A stretch of DNA of 64,000 nucleotides from an uncultured Candidatus Saccharibacteria bacterium (GTDB taxonomy: Bacteria; Patescibacteriota; Minisyncoccia; UBA6257; GWB1-50-10). The stretch is from assembly GCA_964449245.1 (NCBI GenBank), contig CAYUXY010000003.1:13222-77221 (forward strand). The letters are read 5' to 3'. The notes under the pieces were generated by a model. That model had not been told where the DNA came from. It worked only from the letters and a program-made list of their open reading frames with translations, and did no database searches. The translations under genes were made by a program, and so were the position numbers. Shown in pieces: positions 38,087 to 48,639 of the stretch. How positions within the stretch are numbered: position 1 is the stretch's first letter; every line of letters starts with the position of its first letter.

Positions 38087-39285
38087 CGCTTTCGCCACTT
38101 TATAAGTATGACAAATCCGACAACAATAAAAATGGTCATCGCTCCTACGGCTATCCTATATGACAACGCCTCTGTTCCTAAAAATAATATTATACCTCCC
38201 CACGTTAGCGGACCGAACATCGTAGCAAATCTTTCCGCTAATGTATAAAAAGAAAATCCATATCCAATTTCCTCACTTTTAAGCGTATTACTTAAATAAG
38301 CGCGCGTAACAGTCATAACAGAACCCAGTAAAAGTCCCATCATAACAGTGATACACATTAGTACAGCAAAATTAGGCGCTAAAGCAACGATTGGAAGCGT
38401 AATTATCCATCCAATTAATATAATCTTAAGTGTTTTTAAATTTCCAAATTTATCTCCAATATAACCTGAGAGTAGCCCTCCCAATGCCGACATAATTAAA
38501 ATAGAAAGCAAAAGCATTGACTTCACCATATCAGAAATACCAAAAACCCTTTCTAAATAAATCGAATAATTATTAGTTAATGTAACTAAGGCATCGTTGA
38601 AAAAGAAAAACGACACAATGATTGGTGCACACACAGATAAACCGAAAAAACTACGTGTTTTTGACCAAAAGTTTTTGACATCTTCTTTTGATTCCGCAAT
38701 ATTTATTTCGTTTTTTTGCGCTTTGTTATCTTTGAAAAAAATCAACATCGGAAGAGCCAAAATAAAAAATAAAATGACCGATACAAGTGGCGAAGCGACT
38801 CGCGAACCAACAAACGGCAATGCAATTAAAACTCCGGATACTTGCCCGAGCGAATTTGCAAATTGGCCAATACCGGATGCTCTTGCTCTATGATCTGGTT
38901 CTGCAATGCTTTCTATCATCGGATGATAAAATACGAATGCGAGTTGATAAAAATATTGCCCAATTAAGAAAAATATTGTCGCTGGAACAATATAAGATGT
39001 TCCAAAATACGCCAAAGAAGCTGCTGTGCCATAACCGACAAATGTACCGACAGTTGCGATATTTAGAAAAAATTTTCTTTTTCCCCTCTTATCTGTAAAT
39101 GCGGCCAAGACAGGGGCGGAGAAAAGCAAAATTAGCGTTGTAACTGCAAAAATCACATTGTACCAGATATCCGCGAGTCCGCCGTCGATAACTAGCCACT
39201 GCGAAAAATATAAAAGGAAGTTTATAAAAACTATTGAATTTGCAAAGTCATATAACGACCAAAGAAAAAGCTGTTTCTTCTGCAT
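38077..39285 (-). CDS. MFS transporter
   Basis: 402 aa, ~12 TM helices, D-K/R-x-G-K/R-K/R loop (DKRGKRK) between TM2 and TM3. Confidence 0.8.
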   Translation of the reverse strand: MQKKQLFLWSLYDFANSIVFINFLLYFSQWLVIDGGLADIWYNVIFAVTTLILLFSAPVLAAFTDKRGKRKFFLNIATVGTFVGYGTAASLAYFGTSYIVPATIFFLIGQYFYQLAFVFYHPMIESIAEPDHRARASGIGQFANSLGQVSGVLIALPFVGSRVASPLVSVILFFILALPMLIFFKDNKAQKNEINIAESKEDVKNFWSKTRSFFGLSVCAPIIVSFFFFNDALVTLTNNYSIYLERVFGISDMVKSMLLLSILIMSALGGLLSGYIGDKFGNLKTLKIILIGWIITLPIVALAPNFAVLMCITVMMGLLLGSVMTVTRAYLSNTLKSEEIGYGFSFYTLAERFATMFGPLTWGGIILFLGTEALSYRIAVGAMTIFIVVGFVILIKWRKRSL

Positions 39286-39385
39286 TTTTATTTTGTATTA
39301 TTACCATTTACCTTAGCCTCTCGCTCTTTTTACTTTCATCTTTCAAATATCTTTACTCCTTTACAAACTTTATGAACTTTAAAAA

Positions 39386-39421
39386 CTTTTAACTTTCGTC
39401 TTTTTACTTTTATCTTTTAAC
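39386..39421. repeat. inverted, rearranged copy of repeat module D
   Basis: cttttaactttcgtctttttacttttatcttttaac = reverse complement of the k-mers gttaaaagataaaagta / aaagacgaaagtt seen at 37945-37985. Confidence 0.5.
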
Positions 39422-40322
39422 TATTTTCCCTCATCTCCTTTATACTCCTCCTTAATCCATCATCCAATCCTACGGTCGGTCTCCAATTTAAATGTTTCTC
39501 TGCCTTTGCATATTTCCCCCAAAATCCGGCTACATCGTAAGATCGCTCTGGAACATTGATTATTTTTGAATTACTTCCCGTAAGCTCAATTATTTTTTCT
39601 GCCAAACTAAAAAGCGAAATCGGGTTGTTTGCGCTTAATGTAAAATCATCACAAAAGCCTTTAGGCTTTTTTTGAATAAACCCAATTGATTTTTTAATAC
39701 CGGACAAGACATCATCTATATAGACAAAATCAAACAACTTCTTCTTCCCGTTTCCCTCAAGCGTTATTGGCTTATTTTGGAGCGCAAGAATTATAAAGCG
39801 TGGCACGACCCTATCCAAAATATCGTTAGTTCCGGTATAAACCCCGCAAAACCTTAATATCATTGTTTTCAATCCATAGTTTTGCGAATATTGTCTCATC
39901 AAATCTTCTCCCGAAACTTTCGAAACCGCGTAAGAATTCAAAGGTAATCGCGGACTCATTTCATCCACCGGAAACTTTTTATTTCCTCCATACACTTCCC
40001 TGCTTGATGAAAATATAGTCCACGCTTTCGGATTTTTCTTCCTTAGAGCCTCAAGTATGTTTACAGTTCCGTCTATATTTGTTGTTAAACAAGTATACGG
40101 ATCTAAAAACGCGTCTTTTGGGCGCGATATTGCCGCGAGATGAATAACTCCGGCAACGCCATCTACAACTTTTTCCAAACGGGCAAAATCGCGAATATCG
40201 TTTCTCTTATCATCTTTTATATCGTAGTTTTTAAACGAATATATCCGGCCTAATTGTTTCCGCAAAGAAGTTCCTATATATCCGGATCCTCCGGTAATTA
40301 ATATTTTCATTTGTTTAGCCAC
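39417..40322 (-). CDS. NAD-dependent epimerase/dehydratase (extended SDR)
   Basis: 301 aa; ILITGGSGYIG Rossmann motif, YxxxK. Confidence 0.8.
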   Translation of the reverse strand: MAKQMKILITGGSGYIGTSLRKQLGRIYSFKNYDIKDDKRNDIRDFARLEKVVDGVAGVIHLAAISRPKDAFLDPYTCLTTNIDGTVNILEALRKKNPKAWTIFSSSREVYGGNKKFPVDEMSPRLPLNSYAVSKVSGEDLMRQYSQNYGLKTMILRFCGVYTGTNDILDRVVPRFIILALQNKPITLEGNGKKKLFDFVYIDDVLSGIKKSIGFIQKKPKGFCDDFTLSANNPISLFSLAEKIIELTGSNSKIINVPERSYDVAGFWGKYAKAEKHLNWRPTVGLDDGLRRSIKEMRENS

Positions 40323-41173
40323 TCTACAATCTTTTTTGCCATTACACCTTCGCGTTCAAAATAGCTATGCGTCGCCCCTTCAATGACATCCGTATCAAAT
40401 TTTGAAACATTTTTTGTCTTGCTTTTTATAATTTGCAAAGCTTCTTCCGGCGGATATATAAGCGCGTCGTCCTTTTCTCCCAAAAATGCAAACGTAGGAA
40501 TTTTTATATTGCCTAAAACCGACGAGGCTGTTTCGTCATAAACATTAAAAACATCAATCGGATTTCCACGCATACCGAAATCTATGCATGTATTTGCAGA
40601 CAAACGGTATCCGTCCCAAATTTCTACTGGCAGAAAAACTTCTCCGTGACCTTCGCTTATCATTTTTTTAGCCTCAGCGATCAACACGCTAAAATTCTCT
40701 TCGGCTTCCGCAAGTCCTATCATATCGGGCGGAGACATTAGAATAAGTTTTCCTATTCTTTTATCCTGTGTTTTTGCAATATAGTACGCGACTTTGACGG
40801 ATCCCAAACTATGCCCGCAAAGCACGATATTTTTGTATCCGCGCTTTTCAAGGAAATCTATTCCAGCCTTTATATCGAAAATACATTCTTCAAATTTCTC
40901 ATAAGCATTGCCGATTCTTTTAAACTTTTCGTCATTTCCAGCTATCGGAATATCTGCTATATAATCATGCCCGCGATTGTTTGCGCCAAAGAAAGCGTAC
41001 CCATTATCAGTGATTTCTTTTGCCATTACATCAAGAAACCTGTTTTCATAAAAATTCCCCGCCATTCCGTGTATATGCAAATATGCCTTGTCTGTATAAA
41101 TATCAGGCGTATGAATAAGCCCCTGCAAAATGAGCCCGTCATCCGTATTAAATCTCACTAATTCTGTTTTCAT
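40307..41173 (-). CDS. alpha/beta hydrolase
   Basis: 288 aa; GHSLG nucleophile elbow, HGMAGN oxyanion region. Confidence 0.65.
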   Translation of the reverse strand: MKTELVRFNTDDGLILQGLIHTPDIYTDKAYLHIHGMAGNFYENRFLDVMAKEITDNGYAFFGANNRGHDYIADIPIAGNDEKFKRIGNAYEKFEECIFDIKAGIDFLEKRGYKNIVLCGHSLGSVKVAYYIAKTQDKRIGKLILMSPPDMIGLAEAEENFSVLIAEAKKMISEGHGEVFLPVEIWDGYRLSANTCIDFGMRGNPIDVFNVYDETASSVLGNIKIPTFAFLGEKDDALIYPPEEALQIIKSKTKNVSKFDTDVIEGATHSYFEREGVMAKKIVEWLNK

Positions 41174-41183
41174 AGTTCCTATT

Positions 41184-41792
41184 TTACACGATTTTCTTCG
41201 AAATGAAATTTAGATACTTTTTTGTTTTTGGTTTAAATTCTTCAAAATACTCGATTTTAAATCCATATTTTTGGAGCAAATCTTCTATTTCGTCTTTTTT
41301 AAAGAAACTAAACCATCTAAGCTGTTCTACTCCGGAACTTTTCCTATATAATTCTCCATCGCCCTCAATAAGCCCAAGATCAAAAATGCCATCTGCTTTT
41401 AATACACGTTTTATTTCCAAAATCGATTTTTCAATTTCTGATTTTGGGACGTGTAATAATGAAGTATACGCCCATACGCCATCGAATGAGCCATCTTCGA
41501 ATGGTAGATTATTAAAATCGCCTACAACTGATTCGAGATTTAACACGCGCGACATTTTTACCATCTCTTCAGACGCATCTAGACAAACGACATCTAATCC
41601 CGCGTTTTTTAAAATAAGCCCGTCTCTTCCCGGACCACTACCGATATTTAAAATCCTTCCACCCATTCCAACTGATGTTACGAATGCGTCAATAATGGTT
41701 CGTGGAAATTGGCTCCAAAATTCCTCTGTTTCGGAATCATATTCTTTAGCTAAATTATTATATGTATCTATTGTTTGCTTATCCATATTCAC
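41184..41792 (-). CDS. class I SAM-dependent methyltransferase
   Basis: 202 aa; ILNIGSGPGRD motif I, DVVCLDASEEM motif II. Confidence 0.75.
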   Translation of the reverse strand: MNMDKQTIDTYNNLAKEYDSETEEFWSQFPRTIIDAFVTSVGMGGRILNIGSGPGRDGLILKNAGLDVVCLDASEEMVKMSRVLNLESVVGDFNNLPFEDGSFDGVWAYTSLLHVPKSEIEKSILEIKRVLKADGIFDLGLIEGDGELYRKSSGVEQLRWFSFFKKDEIEDLLQKYGFKIEYFEEFKPKTKKYLNFISKKIV

Positions 41793-41795
41793 TAT

Positions 41796-42401
41796 TCATT
41801 CAATCACGCGCTCGACTAAATCATCAATAAAAATCGCTTGATTGTCGGTCAATTCCATTACTCTATATTTCACTTTTTTTCTGAACTCTTCCACTTCCGA
41901 ACGCAACTCCTCGTGAAAATGAGGGAAAACAACGATGCCTGTAAAATTAAATCCACTCAAATCTTCGAGGCCAATTTCATTTTTATCGCCCTCCGTACCC
42001 CATCCCGATATTTCAATATTTGGTCCCGCAATAATACTTCCTGCAGAAACTCCGATGTAGAAAGCTCCTAAATTTACTTGATTTATAATAAGCTTATCAA
42101 GCTTCGTTTCTCTCAACTTATTTAATATTGCAAACGTATTTCCACCGCACACATAAATTGCATCACAATTAATGATTGAATTTACATCTATCGGATAATG
42201 CATATTTAGAACTATCACATCTTTAAATCCGATCTCCTTAATTTCCTGTACTGATTCATCAACATAAAACTGTTCTTGGCTATTTATCGCATAAGCTACG
42301 ATTAAAACCCTGCATTTTTCTACCGGCTTGGCAAGCTGTTTAAGAAACACATCGGCAATTTTTTTATTTACAAATCCAGTGGACGTGAGAAGTAGCCTCA
42401 T
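41796..42401 (-). CDS. peptidase S51 / dipeptidase E-like (type 1 glutamine amidotransferase fold)
   Basis: 201 aa; LLLTSTGF N-terminus, YVCGGNTF, GVSAGS nucleophile motif. Confidence 0.6.
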   Translation of the reverse strand: MRLLLTSTGFVNKKIADVFLKQLAKPVEKCRVLIVAYAINSQEQFYVDESVQEIKEIGFKDVIVLNMHYPIDVNSIINCDAIYVCGGNTFAILNKLRETKLDKLIINQVNLGAFYIGVSAGSIIAGPNIEISGWGTEGDKNEIGLEDLSGFNFTGIVVFPHFHEELRSEVEEFRKKVKYRVMELTDNQAIFIDDLVERVIE

Positions 42402-42536
42402 AAGATTAACAATAACAAAATTATACTATAACTCCGATAACTTTTTAAAATTGTTTGAAAAATAAGCCGTTTTTTGTCACTTTACGCCTACAGTCATAAA
42501 ATAGCGGTTTATGTGAGTATCAAGTACAATGAATGG

Positions 42537-42995
42537 ATGAACTCCCCATACGAAGATCGCGGAGCAAACATTGAAGATATCATTACCCAGCTATCTCTCC
42601 TTTCCATCAAACAGAAAGAGCTTGTTTTGGAATATCTAAAAGATACGCTAAAAACAGATAAAGAAAATGAACCTAAACAAATCAAATCAATTCGTACAAC
42701 GACATCGTCTTTGGAAGAGATGGTGCAGTTATATCCAAATGTGGATTTTGCGGGCTTCATTTCCAGAAACAATGATAAAGAACAGTATCAGTTATGGAAA
42801 CTCATTGATGCCTTTGGCGATGTTGTTAAAAAAATAGGAAATGACAATTTCAAAAAACTGCAAATCACATTGATTGTCTTCGGAGATAAAATTACGTATG
42901 TAAGTAACGGCAGTATCGCCATAAATTATGAGCGTTTTTCAAAAAACGATTTAGTGGCTCAACTCGTCGGTATGTTCCGCAGTCAGGAAGGATAG
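42537..42995 (+). CDS. hypothetical protein (lone plus-strand gene)
   Basis: ORF 42474..42995; start taken at internal Met (MNSPYEDRG); no recognisable motif. Confidence 0.3.
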   Translation: MNSPYEDRGANIEDIITQLSLLSIKQKELVLEYLKDTLKTDKENEPKQIKSIRTTTSSLEEMVQLYPNVDFAGFISRNNDKEQYQLWKLIDAFGDVVKKIGNDNFKKLQITLIVFGDKITYVSNGSIAINYERFSKNDLVAQLVGMFRSQEG

Positions 42996-43002
42996 TATAT
43001 TT

Positions 43003-44334
43003 TTATAAACTCATAACTTTCTCAACATTGCTTCCTTCTTCGTAAATTACCAAATCGTCGGACGACATATTCCAAGCTTTTTGAATCACATCCACAATGC
43101 GCCACATTTCCAATATTTCATCACTCGACGAAAATAATGTGTGATCTGAATTTATTGCATCAAAAAAGACTTGCTCGTATGCCTCAGGAAACACTTTATA
43201 GTGATCGCGGAAAGCAAACTCGAGCTTGTGGCACTCTGTCTGATGATCGTATCCGGGCTTCTTTGCCCAAATAGAAAGCTCAACTCCTTCGTTCGGTTGC
43301 AAACGCAAAGTAAGTTTATTTGCCTCGTGCCCATTGCTTTTTTTATAAAAAATAGTAATTCCGGTAAATTGGCTGTCGAGAGATTTTCCTGTCGTAAGCG
43401 TAATCGGGACGCCTCGCCATTGCTCTTCGTCGGATTCCAAAATAAGAGACACGAATGTTTCAACCGTACTATTCAAATTACCGGTTTCTTTCCTGTAATT
43501 TTCGTATTGTCCGCGTTTTACGAAATCTTTGATTGGCTTTCCTTCCGGTAGATGTAGATATTGCAAAGCATCGAGCCTTTCTTTTGGAACATCTTTTATA
43601 TCATCTGATAAATCCATGAGTACAAGCGCGGCTAATTGGAATAAGTGGCTTTGAAAATCTCTAAGAGCGCCCGTCTGCTCGTAAAAAACGGTTCTGCCAT
43701 TTATACCTTCCTTTTCAATCGCTGTTATTTCGATACGTTCTATAAAATCTTTATTCCATGTTCGCTTAAAAAGCGTATTGTCGTGGCGAAATGTGATTAT
43801 ATTCCGTACGCTTTCTTTAGCTAAATAGTGATCAATTCTGTAGACACTTTCCTCTTTAAAATACTTGCCTATGTGTCCGATCAATTCTTTTGCGCTTTCC
43901 AAATCAACTCCAAAAGGTTTTTCGAGCAAAAGTTTCGTTCTCGGCTCATCAGACAATTTCGTTTCGCCTAAGAGCTTTACTATCGGCGAAGACACTTGTG
44001 GTGGAACGGAGAGATAAAACAATCTCTGAGTTTCTTCTCCAAATTCTTTTTCTATTTCTTTCAAACGAACATTCAATCGTTCGTAATCTTTTGCATCTAA
44101 AAGATCCATAGAAAAAAGCTCTAAATGCTCGAATAAATAATCTCCGGTCATATTTTTGTCGCCAAGCAAGGTTTCTTTTGTAATTGTCGTTTGTCTTGTA
44201 ATGCCCACTATGCGGAATTTATCCGATAGCTCCCCCGCTTCCGACATTTTTCTAATCGCCGGCAGAAGTTTTCTGCGTGATAAGTCTCCGGAAATGCCGA
44301 TAATAATTAATATTGTTGGCTGTTTACTATTCAT
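43003..44334 (-). CDS. zwf: glucose-6-phosphate 1-dehydrogenase
   Basis: 443 aa; IIGISGDLSRRKLLPAI NADP motif, RIDHYLAKE active-site motif. Confidence 0.9.
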   Translation of the reverse strand: MNSKQPTILIIIGISGDLSRRKLLPAIRKMSEAGELSDKFRIVGITRQTTITKETLLGDKNMTGDYLFEHLELFSMDLLDAKDYERLNVRLKEIEKEFGEETQRLFYLSVPPQVSSPIVKLLGETKLSDEPRTKLLLEKPFGVDLESAKELIGHIGKYFKEESVYRIDHYLAKESVRNIITFRHDNTLFKRTWNKDFIERIEITAIEKEGINGRTVFYEQTGALRDFQSHLFQLAALVLMDLSDDIKDVPKERLDALQYLHLPEGKPIKDFVKRGQYENYRKETGNLNSTVETFVSLILESDEEQWRGVPITLTTGKSLDSQFTGITIFYKKSNGHEANKLTLRLQPNEGVELSIWAKKPGYDHQTECHKLEFAFRDHYKVFPEAYEQVFFDAINSDHTLFSSSDEILEMWRIVDVIQKAWNMSSDDLVIYEEGSNVEKVMSL

Positions 44335-44345
44335 ATATCAAAAAG

Positions 44346-45248
44346 TTATTTATTCAGTTTATGCCCTCCGAAAGCGTTCCGCATTGCGGCCAAAAGCTTT
44401 GTTGCAAAATTCACATTTCCTTTTTGCGATTCAAGGCGTACATCGAATGCGGCCTGAATCGATGGCGTTTCAATATTATATTCCTTTGCAGACTCGAGCG
44501 CCCAGCGCGCTTCGCCCGACTCCGCAACAAACCCGTCTATACCTTCGAGCTCCGGATTTTCTTTAAGGGCGTCCCGACTAAGCTCGTTTAGCCAAGATGT
44601 AATAACGCTGTGATGTTGCCAAACTTCTCCTGCAGAAGATAGATCAATATTTTTATACGGCCCTTCGTGCAATAAACGATACCCTTCCGCCAAACTCTCC
44701 ATCATTCCGTATTCAATCGCGTTATGCGTCATTTTTACGAAATGCCCTGAACCAGACTCCCCGAAAAAGTGGTACGCTCCTGATGGTGCGGATAAAGATA
44801 CAAGCGCTGGCTCGATAATTTTGAAAGCATTCTCGTCTCCGCCAACCATCATTGAAAATCCGTTTTTGTATCCCCATATTCCTCCGCTTGTTCCGATATC
44901 AAGTAGAACCGAACCTTTTTCTTCAACAAGTTTTGCCCGTTTTTTCGTCAGTCGAAAATCAGAATTACCGCCATCGATTAAGATGCTCCCTTTTGGAATA
45001 ATTTCGAGCCATACGCTTAATTCGTCATCAACAACTTCGGCCGGAATCATAAGCCAAAGAACGAGCCTCTCGCCTGAAAAGTTTTTTACCGTTTCTTCTT
45101 TTGAGTATGCCGGAATTAATCCGAGTTTCGCCATTTCTTCTATCGGTTCACGGCTTCTGTTATTCGCAATAACAATATGCCCGTCTTCGTGAAATTTACG
45201 GGCGATTTGTTTTCCCATCCTCCCTAATCCTGATATTGCTATTTTCAT
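44346..45248 (-). CDS. gnd: 6-phosphogluconate dehydrogenase, decarboxylating (short-chain form)
   Basis: 300 aa; MKIAISGLGRMGKQIA Rossmann, short YqeC-like Gnd. Confidence 0.85.
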   Translation of the reverse strand: MKIAISGLGRMGKQIARKFHEDGHIVIANNRSREPIEEMAKLGLIPAYSKEETVKNFSGERLVLWLMIPAEVVDDELSVWLEIIPKGSILIDGGNSDFRLTKKRAKLVEEKGSVLLDIGTSGGIWGYKNGFSMMVGGDENAFKIIEPALVSLSAPSGAYHFFGESGSGHFVKMTHNAIEYGMMESLAEGYRLLHEGPYKNIDLSSAGEVWQHHSVITSWLNELSRDALKENPELEGIDGFVAESGEARWALESAKEYNIETPSIQAAFDVRLESQKGNVNFATKLLAAMRNAFGGHKLNK

Positions 45249-45913
45249 ATGTTTTTATAATCGGTAAATATGGTTAATTTTGACGCCTTTTTTATAGCTT
45301 GAGCCGGCATATCGCTTACTGAAATTTCACTTCTTAACTTACCTAAAGCATGCCACTTTGCATCTCCGACTGCAAAAGCAATCGCTTCATCGAGCTTTGA
45401 TATGGCGTGAGCTGTCATAGTGATTCTTGTATAATCTCCCGCAACATATCCTACAGCAAATTCTGGAGAATTAATGTCGGGGCTATTCGGCAATATCCCT
45501 GCAGTATGCCCGTCTTCTCCAATTCCGAAAAGGCCTATTTTATAATCTGCGCCGGATAATTTTTCCATCAATAGATTGTTATATGTTTTTATCGTCGATT
45601 CAAAATCATCGCCATTCAAAACCGGATAAACCCGCAACGCTTCTAAATCAAGCCCTGCATTTTTCAGCTTAAGCCAATTTGAATTTTCGTGCCGAACGGG
45701 GCCGAAACGCTCGTCTGTAAGCGAAATAGACAATCGACCCAATAATTCGTGTGGAATAAGTTTTGACGCCAAAACTGCGATTATGCTTGCTGACCCTCCG
45801 GGCATAAGCCAAAAAACGCTTCTTCCATTTTTAAGAGCGTTTATAATCGGCTCGGCAACATACACGGCAACGAGTTTCGGATCAACAATATTTTGAAAAT
45901 TTACCTTCGGCAT
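45245..45913 (-). CDS. pgl: 6-phosphogluconolactonase
   Basis: 222 aa; GlcN6P-isomerase/6PGL fold (WLMPGGSAS...FGIGEDGHTAGI); 4-nt overlap with gnd. Confidence 0.7.
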   Translation of the reverse strand: MPKVNFQNIVDPKLVAVYVAEPIINALKNGRSVFWLMPGGSASIIAVLASKLIPHELLGRLSISLTDERFGPVRHENSNWLKLKNAGLDLEALRVYPVLNGDDFESTIKTYNNLLMEKLSGADYKIGLFGIGEDGHTAGILPNSPDINSPEFAVGYVAGDYTRITMTAHAISKLDEAIAFAVGDAKWHALGKLRSEISVSDMPAQAIKKASKLTIFTDYKNI

Positions 45914-47741
45914 TTCGAGTATAACTCTTTAGCCTCTTCAATCATATTGCCCAGTCCGATATTTATTCCGTCGGCCCAAAAACTCGGGTGAGTCGGGTCG
46001 AGACTAAAAGGCTTTAAAAGTTGAGTCACATTTTTAGTCATTCCGGACTTCAACATATCAAGATACAGCGGTTCAAATTTATCTCCAAAATCATCCTGTC
46101 TCGCATAGATACTTTGAGTTAAAAGCTCTCCGAAAGCATAGCCGTAATTATAAAAAGGTCTATGAAAGTGCCCGATATAAGCCCAGAGATGCTCAATGTT
46201 TTTATACGAAAACACTTCTCCGTCTTCGCCATAAAGCTCTTTTATTGTTTCAATCCATATTTTATCCAGCTCCTTAACTGAAAGTTTTTTAGGCGAGCTC
46301 CAATGTTTATAATTTTCATCCATACCGTGAATTCTGCGTTCAAAATTGGAAAATCCGATTTGCCTAACTGTTGTATTTATCGTGTCATCTATTTTTCCCA
46401 TAAGGAGCGCGAGTAATGATTTTATATCCCCTTTTTCTATAAGTTTCTTTTTCAAAAAATTGAAAGTTGTCACTTCGCCGAAAACCGAAGCTGTTTCGCA
46501 ATACGCGATTGGCGCGTGAAACATAAGCGGACCCTGTGCTACGCCAGAAATAATTCCGTGAACGCCGTGTCCAAACTCGTGTGCCAGTGTCATGACATCG
46601 CGATTTGAACCCATATAATTAATTAGCGTAAAAGATGCCGGAGTATATTTCGGTAAAACAACCGAGTAATTAAACCCTCCGCTTATCTTCCCTTTTACCG
46701 CCGGAGCGTCGATTTTCTTTGTTTCTATAAACCTTTTTACCATCCCCGCAAGAGTCGGGCTAAAGCTTTCGTATGCCTCGGTAACGATTTTCATCGCGTC
46801 GTTAAATGGAATGCGAGTCGTGTCCGAGAAAGGCAGTGGCGCGTTTCTATCACTCCATTTTAATTTTTTAAGTCCAAGTACCGATGCCTTTAATTTGTAA
46901 TAATCCTTGACTAATGGCGTGGCATTTTTCTTAATTGCCAAATGGAGCGCGTTTACGACTTCGTCCGATACTTGATTTGATTTATTACGCGGAACCATCG
47001 GATTTTTATAATTCCGTTCTTTCAATTCAACAGCGTTCTCTCCTGTAATCATATACAGAGTTTGAGCGGAATATTTTGCAAACGTCCCGCCTAACCCGCT
47101 GTTAATAATAGACATAACTTCGCTTCTTTCGTCTGAATTTTTCGATTCCGAAAGTAAATGAGTCATTTCGGTAAGCGTTTTTTTCTTGCCTTTAAATTCA
47201 AACTCGAGATCTGCCTCAACCTCGTCAAAAAACTCGCTCCATGCGCCCGCGCTAAATGGGGCTCTTTTTATGATGGCCGACTCGACTTCTTCGCTTAATA
47301 TATGAGACTTAAAAATCCGTATGTGTTCTATCCACGGACGATGTTTATTAACTAATTTGTCTTTTTTATAAAACGCCGATAGCTCTTTCTCTGTAAACTT
47401 AACAATCTCGATTTCTAAGAATGTCAGATATGCTCCGTGCAAATGGCTCAAAACCCTATTTACTTCCGCTACTTTTGAATTTACATCCGAATTCCTCACG
47501 TTCTCGCTTTGCTTTAGATACAGATAAAGCGTTATTTTGTTTTCAAGCATAGCAATTTCAGAATAATCATTTATCGCTATTCTTAGCGTTCTTTTCAGAT
47601 TTCCTTTATGCGTGGAATAAAACTTTTTCGCCTTCGCGGTTAATTTTTTAATGTCGGCATCAATCTGCGGGTCTTTAATGCCGGAGTATAAACCGCTTAA
47701 ATCCCATCTGTATTTTTCCGCACCTACTTTTTTGTTTGACA
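45901..47741 (-). CDS. pepF: oligoendopeptidase F (M3B)
   Basis: HEFGHGVH zinc motif; ~610 aa; start taken at MSNKKVG (47741) rather than the track start 47769. Confidence 0.85.
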
Positions 47742-47760
47742 TGATTGAATAATATAAGTT

Positions 47761-47930
47761 GAAAGGCAAAAGTTACAAGATAAAAGTAAAAATACAAATT
47801 TCTAATTATTTAATTTTGCCTGCCCGATTGAATGAATCGGTCGTTCGGGCGGGAATTTCGATTGAATGTGTTAATGATTGAATTTATTAATAAATTTATC
47901 TGCGCTATATACGATATACAATATTCTATA
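47761..47930. repeat. composite of repeat modules D (47761-47808), C (47797-47885, with a ~35-nt palindromic insert) and A (47905-47930)
   Basis: aaagttacaagataaaagta; aaatttctaattatttaatttt ... aatttcgattgaatgtgttaatgattgaattt; ctatatacgatatacaatattctata identical to 18105-18130. Confidence 0.7.
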
Positions 47931-47968
47931 TACTTCTCTGCTTTCCTTTTTTATCTTATATCGTCAAT

Positions 47969-48520
47969 TTATTTTTCCATCTCTTGCAGTTTCCCGTCTT
48001 TAATAATCAAATATTTTGATATCCCGATTGATGGTTGTGTTGTCATAGGCTCATCTGGTTTCCTATCGGCATAGTTTGCAATGACCACACTATAGAGATC
48101 ATCCGACTGTTCTTTCGAAATATTGATATTTTGTGGCGCGATTCTGTCTCCCAAAAATATGGCGTTTGTTCCTATATGTTCTCCGTTTTCGTTTAACGCT
48201 ACCGCTACATAATAAAATATTCCGCTCCCGCCTAAATCCTGCGTTATAAACATAGCTGAATCTTCATCTCCGTCATTATCAAGATCGGCATAAACCGGCT
48301 CGCCGAAAATTGTTGTTGTGATTTTTGTTGCTGAATCCGGAGCTATTTCAATTTCCGATTTCCCGTCCACCATCGCTATGCCCTTGCCGTCAATAACATA
48401 TGTAGCGTTTAACGGGCTTGAAATTGATGTGCTTGAAATAGGAGCGTTATATTCTTTCCACATGACCCAAACACCATAAATAATGGCTATTAATACAATA
48501 AAAATTATGAGCCTTTTCAT
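47969..48520 (-). CDS. hypothetical membrane-anchored protein
   Basis: 183 aa; N-terminal TM helix; DLDNDGDEDS acidic loop. Confidence 0.4.
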   Translation of the reverse strand: MKRLIIFIVLIAIIYGVWVMWKEYNAPISSTSISSPLNATYVIDGKGIAMVDGKSEIEIAPDSATKITTTIFGEPVYADLDNDGDEDSAMFITQDLGGSGIFYYVAVALNENGEHIGTNAIFLGDRIAPQNINISKEQSDDLYSVVIANYADRKPDEPMTTQPSIGISKYLIIKDGKLQEMEK

Positions 48521-48639
48521 ATATATAGATTAACATAAAAAATCACTTGTTACATAAAATTTTTAAGGTTTACAAAATCAGTGTTTTGTGGCATTTTTTA
48601 GACAGAATAACTAACAATTTAGAAAGGCGGGTGAAAAAA

